Below the pieces are notes generated by a model. The model did not search any database. It was given only the letters and a program-made list of their open reading frames with translations, and was not told the DNA's origin. DNA of 51,918 nucleotides from an uncultured bacterium (GTDB lineage Bacteria; Abyssobacteria; SURF-5): NCBI GenBank assembly GCA_964510165.1, contig CAZEBC010000001.1, positions 29,307-81,224 of the forward strand, given 5' to 3'. The translations under genes were made by a program, and so were the position numbers. Below, in pieces: positions 8,987 through 18,088 of this stretch. The first letter of the stretch is position 1. Each line of letters begins with the position of its first letter.

Positions 8987-9008
8987 CCCCCGAGCGTCGG
9001 TGCGACAG

Positions 9009-10778
9009 TCACGCTCGAGCCCATCCGAACAGCTCGAAATCCCCGTGATTGGGCACGAGGTCGCACATGGCCTGCTGAAGTTTCTTGCGTACTTCCTCTC
9101 CCGTGGACATGCTGAGCACCTCGGAGGCCATGAGGCGCACGTCCTTGAGCGAAATCGAGCGGATCAGTTTCTTCACCTCGGGAATGGCGGTGGCCGCCAT
9201 GCTCAGCTCCCTCATTCCGAGCCCTACGAGCACCATGACAAGGAGCGGGTCGCCGGCAATCTCGCCGCAGACGCTCACGCTCACCCCCATCTTTTCCCCC
9301 GAATCCACCACCTGTTTGAGCATCCTCAAGATCGCCGGATGCGTCGGCTCGTACAGGTGGGCGATACGCTCGTTAACGCGGTCGATGGCGAGTGAATACT
9401 GGATAAGGTCATTCGAGCCGATGCTGAAGAAATTGGATTCCCTCGCGAGCAGGTCGGCAGTCACGGCGGCGGAAGGGGTCTCAATCATGATGCCGACGGG
9501 CATGTCGGGGTCAAACGCGACGCCTTCGGCCCGAAGTTCCTTCCTGGCCTGCTCAAGGACGGCCTTGGCCCTCATGAGTTCGGCAAGGCCCGTGATCATG
9601 GGGAAGATCAATTTTACGCGCCCGTTTGCGCTTGCCCTGAGAATGGCTCGGAGCTGAGGCTTGAAGATTTCCGGATGCTCAAGGCAGAACCTGATGGCGC
9701 GGCAGCCCATGAAGGGATTGACCTCTCGATAGCGGGAGTGTCCCCCGAGCAACTTGTCGCCGCCAATATCCAGCGTCCGAATGGTCACCGGATAAGGATG
9801 GATCATCTTGGCCACCCGGCCGTAGGCCTCAGCCTGCTCCTCTTCGGTCGGCGGCGAAGTCCGGTTCAGGAAGAGGAACTCGGTCCGCAGCAAGCCGATC
9901 CCCTGTGCCCCGTGGCCGATGGCGAGCTCGACCTCTTCGGGGAAGTCGATGTTGGCGCAAAGCGCCACGGTAGCCCCGTCAAGCGTTTGAGCGGGAAGAT
10001 GACGAAGCTGCTCGAGCGCACGCTCGGATTCCAGGAACCGCTCCCTGCGTATCTGGTATTCGTTGAGCGTCTGCTCGTCCGGATCTATTATAACGAGGCC
10101 CTGGAGTCCGTCTATGATAACGATCTCATCGTTCCTGACGTGGCGCGTGATATCCTGCGCGCCGACGACAGCCGGTATCTCGAGCGCCTTCGCCATGATC
10201 GCGGTGTGCGAGGTGCGCCCGCCCACGGCGGTCGCAAACGCCAGCACGTTTTCCCTGTCCATGCTTGCGGTATCGGCGGGGGTAAGGTCTCGCGAGATGA
10301 CGACCACCTTTTCGCTCAAGTTCGAAAGGGCCTGTCTCTCCCTGCGGAGCAGTTTCCTCAGCACCCTGCCGCTGACCGCCTCGATGTCCTGAATCCTTTG
10401 GCGCAGGTATTCGTCGGGAACGGACGAGAACTTGTCCTCGATCTCCCGCACCTTTTCGGAAAACACGAATTCCACGTTTCTTCTTTGCTCGCGAATTCCC
10501 TTGATGGTCTCGGAGGTGAGCACGAGGTCATCGAGCAGATGAATATGCGTGTCGAAAATCTCGGCCAGACCGGAAGAATCGGACTTCTCGAACTTCTCCT
10601 TGACCGACATGATTTCGCGCTTGCTGTCCTCGATGGCCCGTTTGAATCGCTGAATTTCTCCCTCGACCTCCTGCTCGGTTATGGTACGCGGGAGGATGGC
10701 AAAGCTCTCGCTGTGCAATACGTACGCCCGGCCGATCACGATTCCCGGCGAGGCGGCGATTCCCTTGATCTTCTTCAT
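9009..10778 (-). CDS. ptsI: phosphoenolpyruvate-protein phosphotransferase (PTS Enzyme I)
   Basis: 589 aa. GGRTSHTAIMA phospho-His region, IGSNDLIQY, full-length EI architecture. Confidence 0.95.
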   Translation of the reverse strand: MKKIKGIAASPGIVIGRAYVLHSESFAILPRTITEQEVEGEIQRFKRAIEDSKREIMSVKEKFEKSDSSGLAEIFDTHIHLLDDLVLTSETIKGIREQRRNVEFVFSEKVREIEDKFSSVPDEYLRQRIQDIEAVSGRVLRKLLRRERQALSNLSEKVVVISRDLTPADTASMDRENVLAFATAVGGRTSHTAIMAKALEIPAVVGAQDITRHVRNDEIVIIDGLQGLVIIDPDEQTLNEYQIRRERFLESERALEQLRHLPAQTLDGATVALCANIDFPEEVELAIGHGAQGIGLLRTEFLFLNRTSPPTEEEQAEAYGRVAKMIHPYPVTIRTLDIGGDKLLGGHSRYREVNPFMGCRAIRFCLEHPEIFKPQLRAILRASANGRVKLIFPMITGLAELMRAKAVLEQARKELRAEGVAFDPDMPVGIMIETPSAAVTADLLARESNFFSIGSNDLIQYSLAIDRVNERIAHLYEPTHPAILRMLKQVVDSGEKMGVSVSVCGEIAGDPLLVMVLVGLGMRELSMAATAIPEVKKLIRSISLKDVRLMASEVLSMSTGEEVRKKLQQAMCDLVPNHGDFELFGWARA

Positions 10779-11086
10779 TGACTCACCTGCGGGCTGTCGC
10801 CGAGACAGTTCTTGAACATGCGCTCAACGACATCGAGCACCTTCTCGGCGTCCTCACCCTCCGCACTCACAAGGAGGACGGTCCCCTTCGTGGCGGCGAG
10901 AGTAAGCACCCCGATGATGCTCTTGGCGTTGACGATGTATCCGTCCTTTTCAAGATGCACTTCCGACTTGTACTTGTTGAGTTCGGTCACGAGGTTCTTG
11001 GCAGGCCTGGCGTGCAGGCCGACCTCGTTTTGAACGACCACCTTGCGCCTATGAATGCGACCTTCAATCTTCCTGGGCTTTCTCAT
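10775..11086 (-). CDS. ptsH: phosphocarrier protein HPr
   Basis: GLHARPA (His-15 site) and NAKSIIGVLTLAA (Ser-46 site) are both present. About 10-aa N-terminal extension if ATG 11086 is used. 4-nt overlaps with both neighbours. Confidence 0.9.
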   Translation of the reverse strand: MRKPRKIEGRIHRRKVVVQNEVGLHARPAKNLVTELNKYKSEVHLEKDGYIVNAKSIIGVLTLAATKGTVLLVSAEGEDAEKVLDVVERMFKNCLGDSPQVSQ

Positions 11087-11946
11087 TTCTTGCGTATGTC
11101 CCGATGCAGAATACTAGCCTCGAAGCCCTTTCGCCTCAGCAGGCCACCCATAAGATTGGCAAGGACAACTGAGCGGTGGCGCCCTCCGGTACAGCCGAAC
11201 GCCACGGTCAGATAACTCTTGCCTTCCTTCTCGAACTGGGGGAGCAAGAAGTCCAACAAATCTTCGATTTTGCCGATGAACTCACCGCTGACGGGGGACT
11301 TCAGCACGTACTCGCGTATCCTTCTCTGGTTTCCCGTGCTCGCCTTGAGCGCGGGCACATAGTTGGGATTGGGCAGAAACCGGACGTCGAACAGCATGTC
11401 CGCCTCCGCCGGAACGCCATACCGATAGCCGAACGACACCACGTTTACGACAAAGGGGCGCTCGCTCGCCGCCGAAAAGACGCCTTTTAGCCGCTCCTTG
11501 AGTTGATGAATGGTCATGTCGGAGGTGTCGATGATGTAATCGGCGGTCCGACGAAGCTTGGCCATCCGCGTCCGCTCTCCGGTAATTGACGCCCGCAGCG
11601 ATTTGCGTGCTCCGAGCGGATGCTTGCGCCTGGTCTCGCTGTATCGGTGTATGAGCACGTCGGTAGTGGCCTCAAGAAACAGTATCTCGTAGCTGAACTG
11701 GTTCTTGCGCAGATATTCAAGCTGCTCAAAGAGCCGATTAAGGAACCCGCCCTCGCGGATATCAATCCCCAACGCCACCCGTTTGAGCCTCCCCTTCGAT
11801 TCGGCGCATATTTCGGCGAAGGTCGGGATCAGCATGGTGGGGAGGTTGTCCACGCAAAAGAAGCCTATATCTTCGAGGCACTTAATCGCCTGGCTCTTGC
11901 CGGCGCCGGACAGGCCGGTAATTATGACGAAATGGCTTCTTCTCAT
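11083..11946 (-). CDS. rapZ: RNase adapter / nucleotide-binding protein RapZ
   Basis: ITGLSGAGKS Walker A, FCVDNLP, C-terminal GCTGGRHRSV motif. Confidence 0.9.
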   Translation of the reverse strand: MRRSHFVIITGLSGAGKSQAIKCLEDIGFFCVDNLPTMLIPTFAEICAESKGRLKRVALGIDIREGGFLNRLFEQLEYLRKNQFSYEILFLEATTDVLIHRYSETRRKHPLGARKSLRASITGERTRMAKLRRTADYIIDTSDMTIHQLKERLKGVFSAASERPFVVNVVSFGYRYGVPAEADMLFDVRFLPNPNYVPALKASTGNQRRIREYVLKSPVSGEFIGKIEDLLDFLLPQFEKEGKSYLTVAFGCTGGRHRSVVLANLMGGLLRRKGFEASILHRDIRKK

Positions 11947-12905
11947 AGCTCGAAATCATCAGAAGCCTTGTCGGAGGCCGCGAGAGCCTGGGTGAGGCGC
12001 TCGCCGAGAATCTTTTCGCTGTCGACTCCCATCTCACGGAGCCGATGGTTGAGCGCGGCGACTTCGACGATGATTGCTATGTTTCGACCCGGTCTGACGG
12101 GCACGGTTATCTTCGGCAGCTTCACCTCGAGAATGCTGTATGTATCCTCGCTTATCCCGACGCGGTCGTATTCCTTTGAGGCGTCCCAATCTTCCAGTTC
12201 GACGATGAGGCTGATGCGCTTGGTGTTCCTTACGGCGCCGACACCGAAAATGTTCTTGACATCGAAAATGCCAAGCCCGCGTATCTCCATATGGTGCCGC
12301 AGCAGGCTGGAGCCCTCTCCATAAAGAAACCTGTCGCCGCGCCGCCGTATGAAAACCACGTCGTCGGCCACGAGCCGATGCCCCCTCTCGATCAGCTCAA
12401 GCGCGCACTCGCTCTTGCCCACTCCAGCCCGGCCCATGATCATCACGCCCACCCCGTAAACGTCCACCAGCACGCCGTGCAGGTTGGTCTCGGGCGCGAA
12501 CTGGTTATCAAGAAACACGATTATCTTGCTCACGACTTTCGTTGTCGTCAGAAGCGACCTGAGCACGGGGACCGACGCGCGGTCGGCCTGTTCCACGAAT
12601 TCGTCCACCGGCGTAAGCCCGCGAGTGATGATGAAACAGGGAATTTCATACTTGAAAATGCGCTGGAGCCGCTCCTTCAGGACGGCGCCGTCGAGCTGTC
12701 CCATGTAGTTGACCTCGGTCAGACCCATCACCTGAACCCGATCAAACGCGAAGAAATCAAGATACCCCGCGAGCGCCAGCCCGGGCCGGTTTATGTCGGC
12801 GATGGCGATGGTGCGGTCAAGCCCGCTCTGGCCCGCCATCACCTGAACCTTGAGGTTCTCTTTTGTCTTTTCTATGAAATCGCCTACGGACAGACTCTTT
12901 ATCAT
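11943..12905 (-). CDS. hprK: HPr kinase/phosphorylase
   Basis: 320 aa. GRAGVGKSECALELIERGHRLVADD P-loop region typical of HprK/P. Confidence 0.9.
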   Translation of the reverse strand: MIKSLSVGDFIEKTKENLKVQVMAGQSGLDRTIAIADINRPGLALAGYLDFFAFDRVQVMGLTEVNYMGQLDGAVLKERLQRIFKYEIPCFIITRGLTPVDEFVEQADRASVPVLRSLLTTTKVVSKIIVFLDNQFAPETNLHGVLVDVYGVGVMIMGRAGVGKSECALELIERGHRLVADDVVFIRRRGDRFLYGEGSSLLRHHMEIRGLGIFDVKNIFGVGAVRNTKRISLIVELEDWDASKEYDRVGISEDTYSILEVKLPKITVPVRPGRNIAIIVEVAALNHRLREMGVDSEKILGERLTQALAASDKASDDFEL

Positions 12906-12924
12906 GGCTCTTTACTCTCGCCCG

Positions 12925-13551
12925 CTAGAAGGGCCTCCTCAGAAGGCCGAACCCGCCTTCCTTGCGCTTGTAGACAACATGGACGTCGTCGGTCGCCGCA
13001 TCCACGAACCCAAGGAAATCGTCGCCGGACGAGTCGAGCTGCATCAGCGCCTCCTCGACGGACATCGGTTTAGGAGCAAACTTCTTGCTCACCTGGACTC
13101 GAAAGGGGCCATGCTGCTCGACGGAGGACCTTTGGAGCGCGCTTTCCTCAAGCGCCTCCGAGGCAACGACCGTCCCGGCAGCGGATTTCCGTGTCTCAAC
13201 CTCGGATTGCTCCGGCGGAAGCTGCCTCTTTGCCTCGCGCACTTCGCCCGCTTTCTGCTTCTTCGCTCCGCGGACTTTTGTTCTTCGTCTCTGCAATTGA
13301 CGCTCGATCTTCTCGATCGCCTTGTCCACCGACACATACACGTCGTCGGTCGTCTCCCGACTGTGATAATTGATCCCGTCGCCGCCTGATATGGTAACCT
13401 CGGCAAGCTGCCGATATTTTTCGACTGAGAGCACGACGTGCACGTCAATAATTCGGTCAAAATACTTCCGAATCTTTCTCAGTTTCTTCTCGATATGGGT
13501 CTTGAGGGAATCGGTGATCTCCATGTTCCTGCCCGTTACCATCAATTCCAT
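12925..13551 (-). CDS. hpf: ribosome hibernation promoting factor (long form)
   Basis: N-terminal sigma54-modulation/RaiA fold (MELMVTGRNMEITDSLKTHIEKKL), a basic linker, and the C-terminal long-HPF dimerisation domain (FLGFVDAATDDVHVVYKRKEGGFGLL). AAGGAG RBS. Confidence 0.9.
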   Translation of the reverse strand: MELMVTGRNMEITDSLKTHIEKKLRKIRKYFDRIIDVHVVLSVEKYRQLAEVTISGGDGINYHSRETTDDVYVSVDKAIEKIERQLQRRRTKVRGAKKQKAGEVREAKRQLPPEQSEVETRKSAAGTVVASEALEESALQRSSVEQHGPFRVQVSKKFAPKPMSVEEALMQLDSSGDDFLGFVDAATDDVHVVYKRKEGGFGLLRRPF

Positions 13552-13682
13552 GTCCGCGGCTCCTTGTTTTAATTACGGTGAATGAATTAGCTTCTGTATA
13601 ACAAAACTGGAGCTGTTTGCCCGGCTTTCGCGTCCCCCGGCCCACGGCAGAAGGGACACTTCATCGTTAGCAACTCTTAGCA

Positions 13683-13711
13683 ATTATAGCACTTAGCGAA
13701 ATTGGTGTCAA
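13683..13711 (-). promoter_or_regulatory. perfect-consensus sigma70 promoter upstream of hpf-hprK-rapZ-ptsH-ptsI
   Basis: The minus strand reads TTGACA (13711-13706), ccaatttcgctaagtgc (17 nt), then TATAAT (13688-13683). About 125 nt upstream of the hpf ATG. Confidence 0.65.
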
Positions 13712-13769
13712 TTGAGCTGACGGCGCGTATTGCGCGGTCGAGATGGCTGGTTTGGGATCCGCCCGCCCA

Positions 13770-14561
13770 CTATTTCGGGCGCCGCGAGCGCCCCGGTTGT
13801 CCTCTCCGTGAGTCGTCGCCGTGGAAGTCGAATTGCTCGCCGAGATATACCTTGCGGGCTCGCGGATTGTTGACCAGGTCGGTGGATGTTCCCGAGGCTT
13901 CGACCCGGCCTTCGTATATGAGATACGCTCGATCCACGACCTCAAGCGTTTCTCGGACACTGTGGTCGGTGAGCAGGATGCCTATTCCACGGTCGCGGAG
14001 TTTGCGGATGAGTTCCTGCAGGCTGAAGACGGAAATGGGGTCTACCCCGGAAAACGGCTCATCCAGCATGATGAAGAACGGGGAGTTGATGAGTGAGCGA
14101 CATATCTCGAGCCGTCTGCGTTCGCCTCCCGACAGTGTATAGGCGGGCTGCTTAGCGAGGTGAGCTATGTTGAATTCCTCGAGGAGGCTGAGCGCGCGCT
14201 GGCTTCGGTCTCGCGGCGGGCATTTCGAGTACTCCAATATCGCGAGAAGGTTCTGTTCGACGGTAAGCTTGCGAAAGACCGAAGTCTCCTGGGGAAGGTA
14301 GCTGATGCCCATCTGCGCCCGCTTATACATCGGCGTACGCGTGATCCTCTCCCCATTCAGGATCACCTCGCCTTCATCGGGCGTGATGAGGCCGATTATC
14401 ATATTGAACGTGGTAGTCTTGCCGGCCCCATTAGGCCCGAGCAGCCCGACAATTTCTCCGGAATAGAGTTGAAGCGAGACGGAATCCACCGCCTTTCGCT
14501 TCTTGAAGTACTTGACAACGGACCATGTCATGAGGGAGGCTTCTGTCGGGCGCTGTTTCAT
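13770..14561 (-). CDS. lptB: LPS export ABC transporter ATP-binding protein LptB
   Basis: GPNGAGKTT Walker A, LSGGERRRLEI signature, MLDEPFSGVDP Walker B. Sits downstream of lptA/lptC. Confidence 0.92.
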   Translation of the reverse strand: MKQRPTEASLMTWSVVKYFKKRKAVDSVSLQLYSGEIVGLLGPNGAGKTTTFNMIIGLITPDEGEVILNGERITRTPMYKRAQMGISYLPQETSVFRKLTVEQNLLAILEYSKCPPRDRSQRALSLLEEFNIAHLAKQPAYTLSGGERRRLEICRSLINSPFFIMLDEPFSGVDPISVFSLQELIRKLRDRGIGILLTDHSVRETLEVVDRAYLIYEGRVEASGTSTDLVNNPRARKVYLGEQFDFHGDDSRRGQPGRSRRPK

Positions 14562-15103
14562 TTGGTCTTTTCTTCTTCAAAGGCCTCGGGATAAACCACT
14601 CCCCTGACATTGCCCTCCGCCACCACTCGGTCCGAATCAAGGAAGAGGGTGATCTTATTGGCGGTGAGTTCGCCGCGGGAATCCTTGACATGCGGATCAA
14701 TGAGGAGTTCGATTACGTTCTGCTCTCCGCGATAGACGGCGAGGTCGGTAGTGGCCATGCTGCCCTGTCGTGCGATCCTGACCTTTCCCTCGGCCTCCAT
14801 CCTTTGGACCTTCTTTATCTCCTGGTCGTAGTATATGGTGAGCTTTTCGGCCTCGATCCGGCTCTCATTGCCTTCCTTGTCCACGAGGATTATGTCAACG
14901 GCGCCCTGAAATACCTGCGGTTTATCCTTCTGGCGGGTGAGTGTCATCGAATCGGCGTGGATCAGCTTGAACTCCTCGATGTCCGGCAGTTTGCCGGGGC
15001 CTTCGAAAGTCTCGGACTCAACAACATCCGCGCCGACCGCGCTCCCCGCGAAAATGAGCAGACACGCCGTTACGCATGTTGCCAGCAAGCAGGCGATTTT
15101 CAT
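14558..15103 (-). CDS. lptA: LptA/OstA-like periplasmic LPS transport protein
   Basis: Signal peptide, beta-jellyroll-like repeats typical of the OstA_N family, position between lptC and lptB with 4-nt overlaps. Confidence 0.75.
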   Translation of the reverse strand: MKIACLLATCVTACLLIFAGSAVGADVVESETFEGPGKLPDIEEFKLIHADSMTLTRQKDKPQVFQGAVDIILVDKEGNESRIEAEKLTIYYDQEIKKVQRMEAEGKVRIARQGSMATTDLAVYRGEQNVIELLIDPHVKDSRGELTANKITLFLDSDRVVAEGNVRGVVYPEAFEEEKTK

Positions 15104-15690
15104 AGGTTCATATCCTCTTGATGTCTCATGTCTTCCCGATGGATTACTCCGCTGACCTGGTAAATCCGGAACGTTTCAACACTCGGCTTCAGTTCGAACT
15201 TCGTGCCCTTGAGCACGGACTTCCCGGTCGATATGGTGACATCACCCTTTCCCTTCAGGGTTTCGGTGCGCTGGTTCCATGTCAGCACATCGGAATGAAG
15301 TTGATTGCCGTCCGAAGTCGTAACGACGACGTTCCCGCGCAACACCACGCCGCCTCTGCGGCTTCCGTAAACGCCGGAGTTCGCGGTCACGACGACGGTC
15401 CTTCCCTCATCCGAATAATACGTCATCTTGACATCACTCAGCCTGGTGGGGCCTTCCAGCGCCTGTTCCACACTCTTGGCCACAAGCTCCCATTGGAGCT
15501 TGCCCTCCTTTGTCTGAGTGTACCTCACCTCGCTGAGCTGTTGCGCGAGCGCGGCGGGCTTCTCCGCCGTTTCCGCCGCCTTGACGTCTTCCTGCGGCGG
15601 CTTCAGTTTTTCGGGCTTCTTGCTGCAGGCGGCGGTTACGAGGGCCGCAACGATAAGCGCAAGAAGAAATCGGGCCGCGCCTGTCTTCAT
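15100..15690 (-). CDS. lptC: LptC-like LPS export protein
   Basis: 196 aa. N-terminal anchor with lipobox-like LVTAAC, size and operon position of LptC. The call rests mainly on context. Confidence 0.6.
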   Translation of the reverse strand: MKTGAARFLLALIVAALVTAACSKKPEKLKPPQEDVKAAETAEKPAALAQQLSEVRYTQTKEGKLQWELVAKSVEQALEGPTRLSDVKMTYYSDEGRTVVVTANSGVYGSRRGGVVLRGNVVVTTSDGNQLHSDVLTWNQRTETLKGKGDVTISTGKSVLKGTKFELKPSVETFRIYQVSGVIHREDMRHQEDMNL

Positions 15691-15697
15691 GTCAGCT

Positions 15698-15726
15698 ATT
15701 TTAAACCAACCGCCGCCGTTTTACAA
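15698..15726 (-). promoter_or_regulatory. possible promoter of lptCAB (weak)
   Basis: The minus strand reads TTGTAA (15726-15721), a 17-nt spacer, then TAAAAT (15703-15698). The -10 ends only 7 nt before ATG 15690, which would make the transcript nearly leaderless. Confidence 0.3.
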
Positions 15727-15907
15727 GGCTCTCGGCGCGCAGATGTTCTCTGGCAAGACGACAAGAGTCGATGATATTATATACTAGACATGCTTGGCGA
15801 GTTACGCCTCGACCGCAAGCATGTGGCGCTCAAGCGGCATCCCATCGAATGCCTCATGACAGTGACGAGAGCCATACAACGCGCAACAGTGGAAACGGAG
15901 CAGAGTG

Positions 15908-16990
15908 ATGATAATCTTTCAGAGGATGGAGGAGTACGATTACGAGGAATTGGTTTTCTTTCAAGACCGCTCGACTCACCTGCAGGCGATCGTAGCCATC
16001 CACAGCACGGTTCTGGGCCCTGCGCTCGGGGGGTGCCGGTTCTGGCAATTCACTTCCGAACGAGCCGCAATTGACGACGCGCTCCGCCTAGCCCGGGGGA
16101 TGACGTACAAGGCTTCCGTGGCCGGCCTGAGCCTTGGGGGCGGCAAGAGCGTCATCATCGGCAATCCGAAGACTCACAAGACCGAGGACTTGCTCCGTGT
16201 CTTTGGCCGTTTCATTCAGACTCTTCGCGGCAGATATATCGTCGCGGAGGACGTCGGAACAAACACCGAAGATATGGAGATAGTTCACAAGGAAACCAGG
16301 TACGTCGTCGGTCTTTCGACGGAGCGCGGCGGCAGCGGAGACCCCTCGCCGGTGACTGCCTACGGCGTGATGCACGGCATGCAGGCCTGCACGCAGGAAG
16401 TCTTCAAGACGAAAAGCCTCGCGGGCATGACTGTCGCCATACAAGGCGTCGGAAGCGTTGGCTATCACCTGGCGGAGCTGCTGAAGAAGGAAGGCGCGCG
16501 ACTTATCGTAACCGACATCTATAAGAAGAAGGCCATGCGGGCGGTCGAGGAAATCGGCGCCGATTACGTCAAGCCGGAGCAGATATATTCGGTCAAGTGC
16601 GACATCTTCTCGCCGTGCGCGCTCGGCGGAATTCTCGACGACAAGAATATCCGAAAGCTCAAATGCAGGATCGTCGCAGGTTCGGCCAACAACCAGCTCA
16701 AGACAGACCGCTGCTGCGGGAAAATCGAGGAACGCGGAATCCTGTATGCGCCCGATTACGTGATCAACGCGGGCGGACTCATCAACGTAGCGGAGGAATT
16801 GAGGGGGTATAATCGCTCGCGCGCCCTGCACAAAGCGGCCAGAATCTATAACGCCGTCGCGCGCGTCATCCGGATCGCCAAGGAAGAGAAGATTCCCACC
16901 TGCCTGGCCGCCGACAGGATGGCGGAGCGCAGAATCGAGAAGGCAAGACGGGAACACGCCGTGCGCAGGGCGAGCAAGGCGGCGCGGTAG
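15908..16990 (+). CDS. ldh: leucine dehydrogenase (Glu/Leu/Phe/Val dehydrogenase family)
   Basis: MIIFQRMEEYDYEELVFFQD...HSTVLGPALGGCRFW...GLSLGGGKSVI...GVGSVGYHL closely follows my recollection of Bacillus-type LeuDH along its whole length. ATG 15908 follows the track's GTG at 15905. Confidence 0.9.
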   Translation: MIIFQRMEEYDYEELVFFQDRSTHLQAIVAIHSTVLGPALGGCRFWQFTSERAAIDDALRLARGMTYKASVAGLSLGGGKSVIIGNPKTHKTEDLLRVFGRFIQTLRGRYIVAEDVGTNTEDMEIVHKETRYVVGLSTERGGSGDPSPVTAYGVMHGMQACTQEVFKTKSLAGMTVAIQGVGSVGYHLAELLKKEGARLIVTDIYKKKAMRAVEEIGADYVKPEQIYSVKCDIFSPCALGGILDDKNIRKLKCRIVAGSANNQLKTDRCCGKIEERGILYAPDYVINAGGLINVAEELRGYNRSRALHKAARIYNAVARVIRIAKEEKIPTCLAADRMAERRIEKARREHAVRRASKAAR

Positions 16991-17003
16991 GGAACGAAGA
17001 TTA

Positions 17004-17047
17004 TATTGGGGCACACCCCACGGGGGGGACATGGTGTCCCCAAGATA
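17004..17047. repeat. TATTGGGG(A)CAC...GTGTCCCCAAxATA palindromic element, copy 1
   Basis: tattggggcacaccccacgggggggacatggtgtccccaagata lies between the convergent ldh and crotonase genes. Inner hairpin ggggac-atggt-gtcccc. Related copy at 18089-18123. Confidence 0.65.
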
Positions 17048-17058
17048 ACCGACGCTAT

Positions 17059-17844
17059 TCATTTCCGGAACTTCTTGAACTCAGGCCTGCGTTTTTCCAG
17101 AAACGCATTCATCCCTTCCTTGATCTCTTCGGTGCCATAGATGAGCCGAAGCATCTCGGCCCCATGCACAAACGATGGATAGAGCAGGTCGCTCTCAAAA
17201 TTCAAGGAAACCTTGGCCGCGCTCAGCGACTGCGGACTCATCTCCAATATTCGAGTGCACCACTCCGCCGTTTCTTCCTCGAGTTTGTCCGCGGGAACCA
17301 CCTTGTTGACGAGGCCCATCTCCGCCGCCTCGCGAGCGGAATAGCGTCTGCAAAGGAATATGATCTCGCGGGCCTTCTTCTCGCCGACGACGCGCGGGAG
17401 CATCTGGGTGCCGCCCCAGATGGGAACGCTCCCCACGCTAGGTCCTGTCTGCCCAAACTGAGCGTTCTCGGCTGCAATCGTGATGTCGCACATCAGGTGA
17501 ATCTCATGGCCGCCACCCAAACAATAACCGCGCACCATCGCTATGACGGGCTTGCTGCAATTGCGGATGGCGGTCGATACCTTCAGACATTTCCCCAAAA
17601 ACTTCCGGCCGGCCGACGGGCTGAGTTCCCCCATCTCCGAGATGTCGCCGCCCGCACAAAACGCCTTCTCTCCAGCGCCCGTCAGCACGACCACGCCGAT
17701 CGAATCGTCGTTGCTCGCATCGTCGAACGCGAAGGCTAGTTCGTCGAGCGTTTTCGAGCGAAACGCGTTGAATACTTTTGGCCTGTTTATCATTATGCGA
17801 GCGACTCCGTCCTTCTTTTCGTATGTGATATCCTCGAATTCCAT
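17059..17844 (-). CDS. crotonase-superfamily enzyme, MenB/BadI-like
   Basis: MEFEDITYEKKDGVARIMINRPKVFNAF...GGGHEIHLMCDITIAAENAQFGQTGPSVGS...KKAREIIFLCRRYSAREAAEMGLVNKVVP follows the DHNA-CoA synthase/BadI pattern. I start at ATG 17844 because the 23 extra codons of track ORF ..17913 (PFPAGEGWGEG) are a translated repeat element. Confidence 0.85.
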   Translation of the reverse strand: MEFEDITYEKKDGVARIMINRPKVFNAFRSKTLDELAFAFDDASNDDSIGVVVLTGAGEKAFCAGGDISEMGELSPSAGRKFLGKCLKVSTAIRNCSKPVIAMVRGYCLGGGHEIHLMCDITIAAENAQFGQTGPSVGSVPIWGGTQMLPRVVGEKKAREIIFLCRRYSAREAAEMGLVNKVVPADKLEEETAEWCTRILEMSPQSLSAAKVSLNFESDLLYPSFVHGAEMLRLIYGTEEIKEGMNAFLEKRRPEFKKFRK

Positions 17845-17875
17845 GTCCTGCTCCTCCTCTCCGGTCGTTTCGTGT

Positions 17876-17954
17876 CCCTCACCCCAACCCTCTCCCGCCG
17901 GGAAAGGGCGCACTCATGTTGACCCTCTCCCAGTGGGAGAGGGCGGGGTGAGGG
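17876..17954. repeat. composite palindromic 'CCCTCTCCC-N3-GGGAGAGGG' REP-like element, copy B
   Basis: ccctcaccccaaccctctccc-gcc-gggaaaggg ... ccctctccc-agt-gggagagggcggggtgaggg. Same two-arm architecture as copy A. It lies between the predicted promoter (18027-18055) and the crotonase start. Confidence 0.8.
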
Positions 17955-18026
17955 AGCTTCGGTTGCGGCTGAGCCGCGCTGTGTCCGCTCGAGCAACTCC
18001 CCCATCCTGGTCTTGTTGATGCCCGA

Positions 18027-18055
18027 ATACTACCAAAGGGAAAAAACTGTGTCAA
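18027..18055 (-). promoter_or_regulatory. sigma70-type promoter upstream of the MenB/BadI-like gene
   Basis: The minus strand reads TTGACA (18055-18050), cagttttttccctttgg (17 nt), then TAGTAT (18032-18027). Confidence 0.5.
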
Positions 18056-18088
18056 GGAACCTGGGGGAGTCAAGTGCAGTATAAGCAG

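Noticed and set aside
13552-13769. Possible degraded rpoN (or ptsN) remnant between lptB and hpf
   Set aside because: The gap is only 218 nt, has no ORF and is occupied by a clean sigma70 promoter and the hpf leader. There is no room for even a fragment of a sigma54 gene of about 1.4 kb.
17845-17913. N-terminal extension of the crotonase ORF (MRPFPAGEGWGEGHETTGEEEQD), and the ORFs 3043..3324, 3054..3557, 17793..18005, 17879..18121, 31225..31491 and 31283..31558
   Set aside because: All are translations of the GGGAGAGGG/CCCTCTCCC repeat family in various frames and strands (GEG, PSPxGRG and WGEG peptides). They are repeat-derived, not coding.
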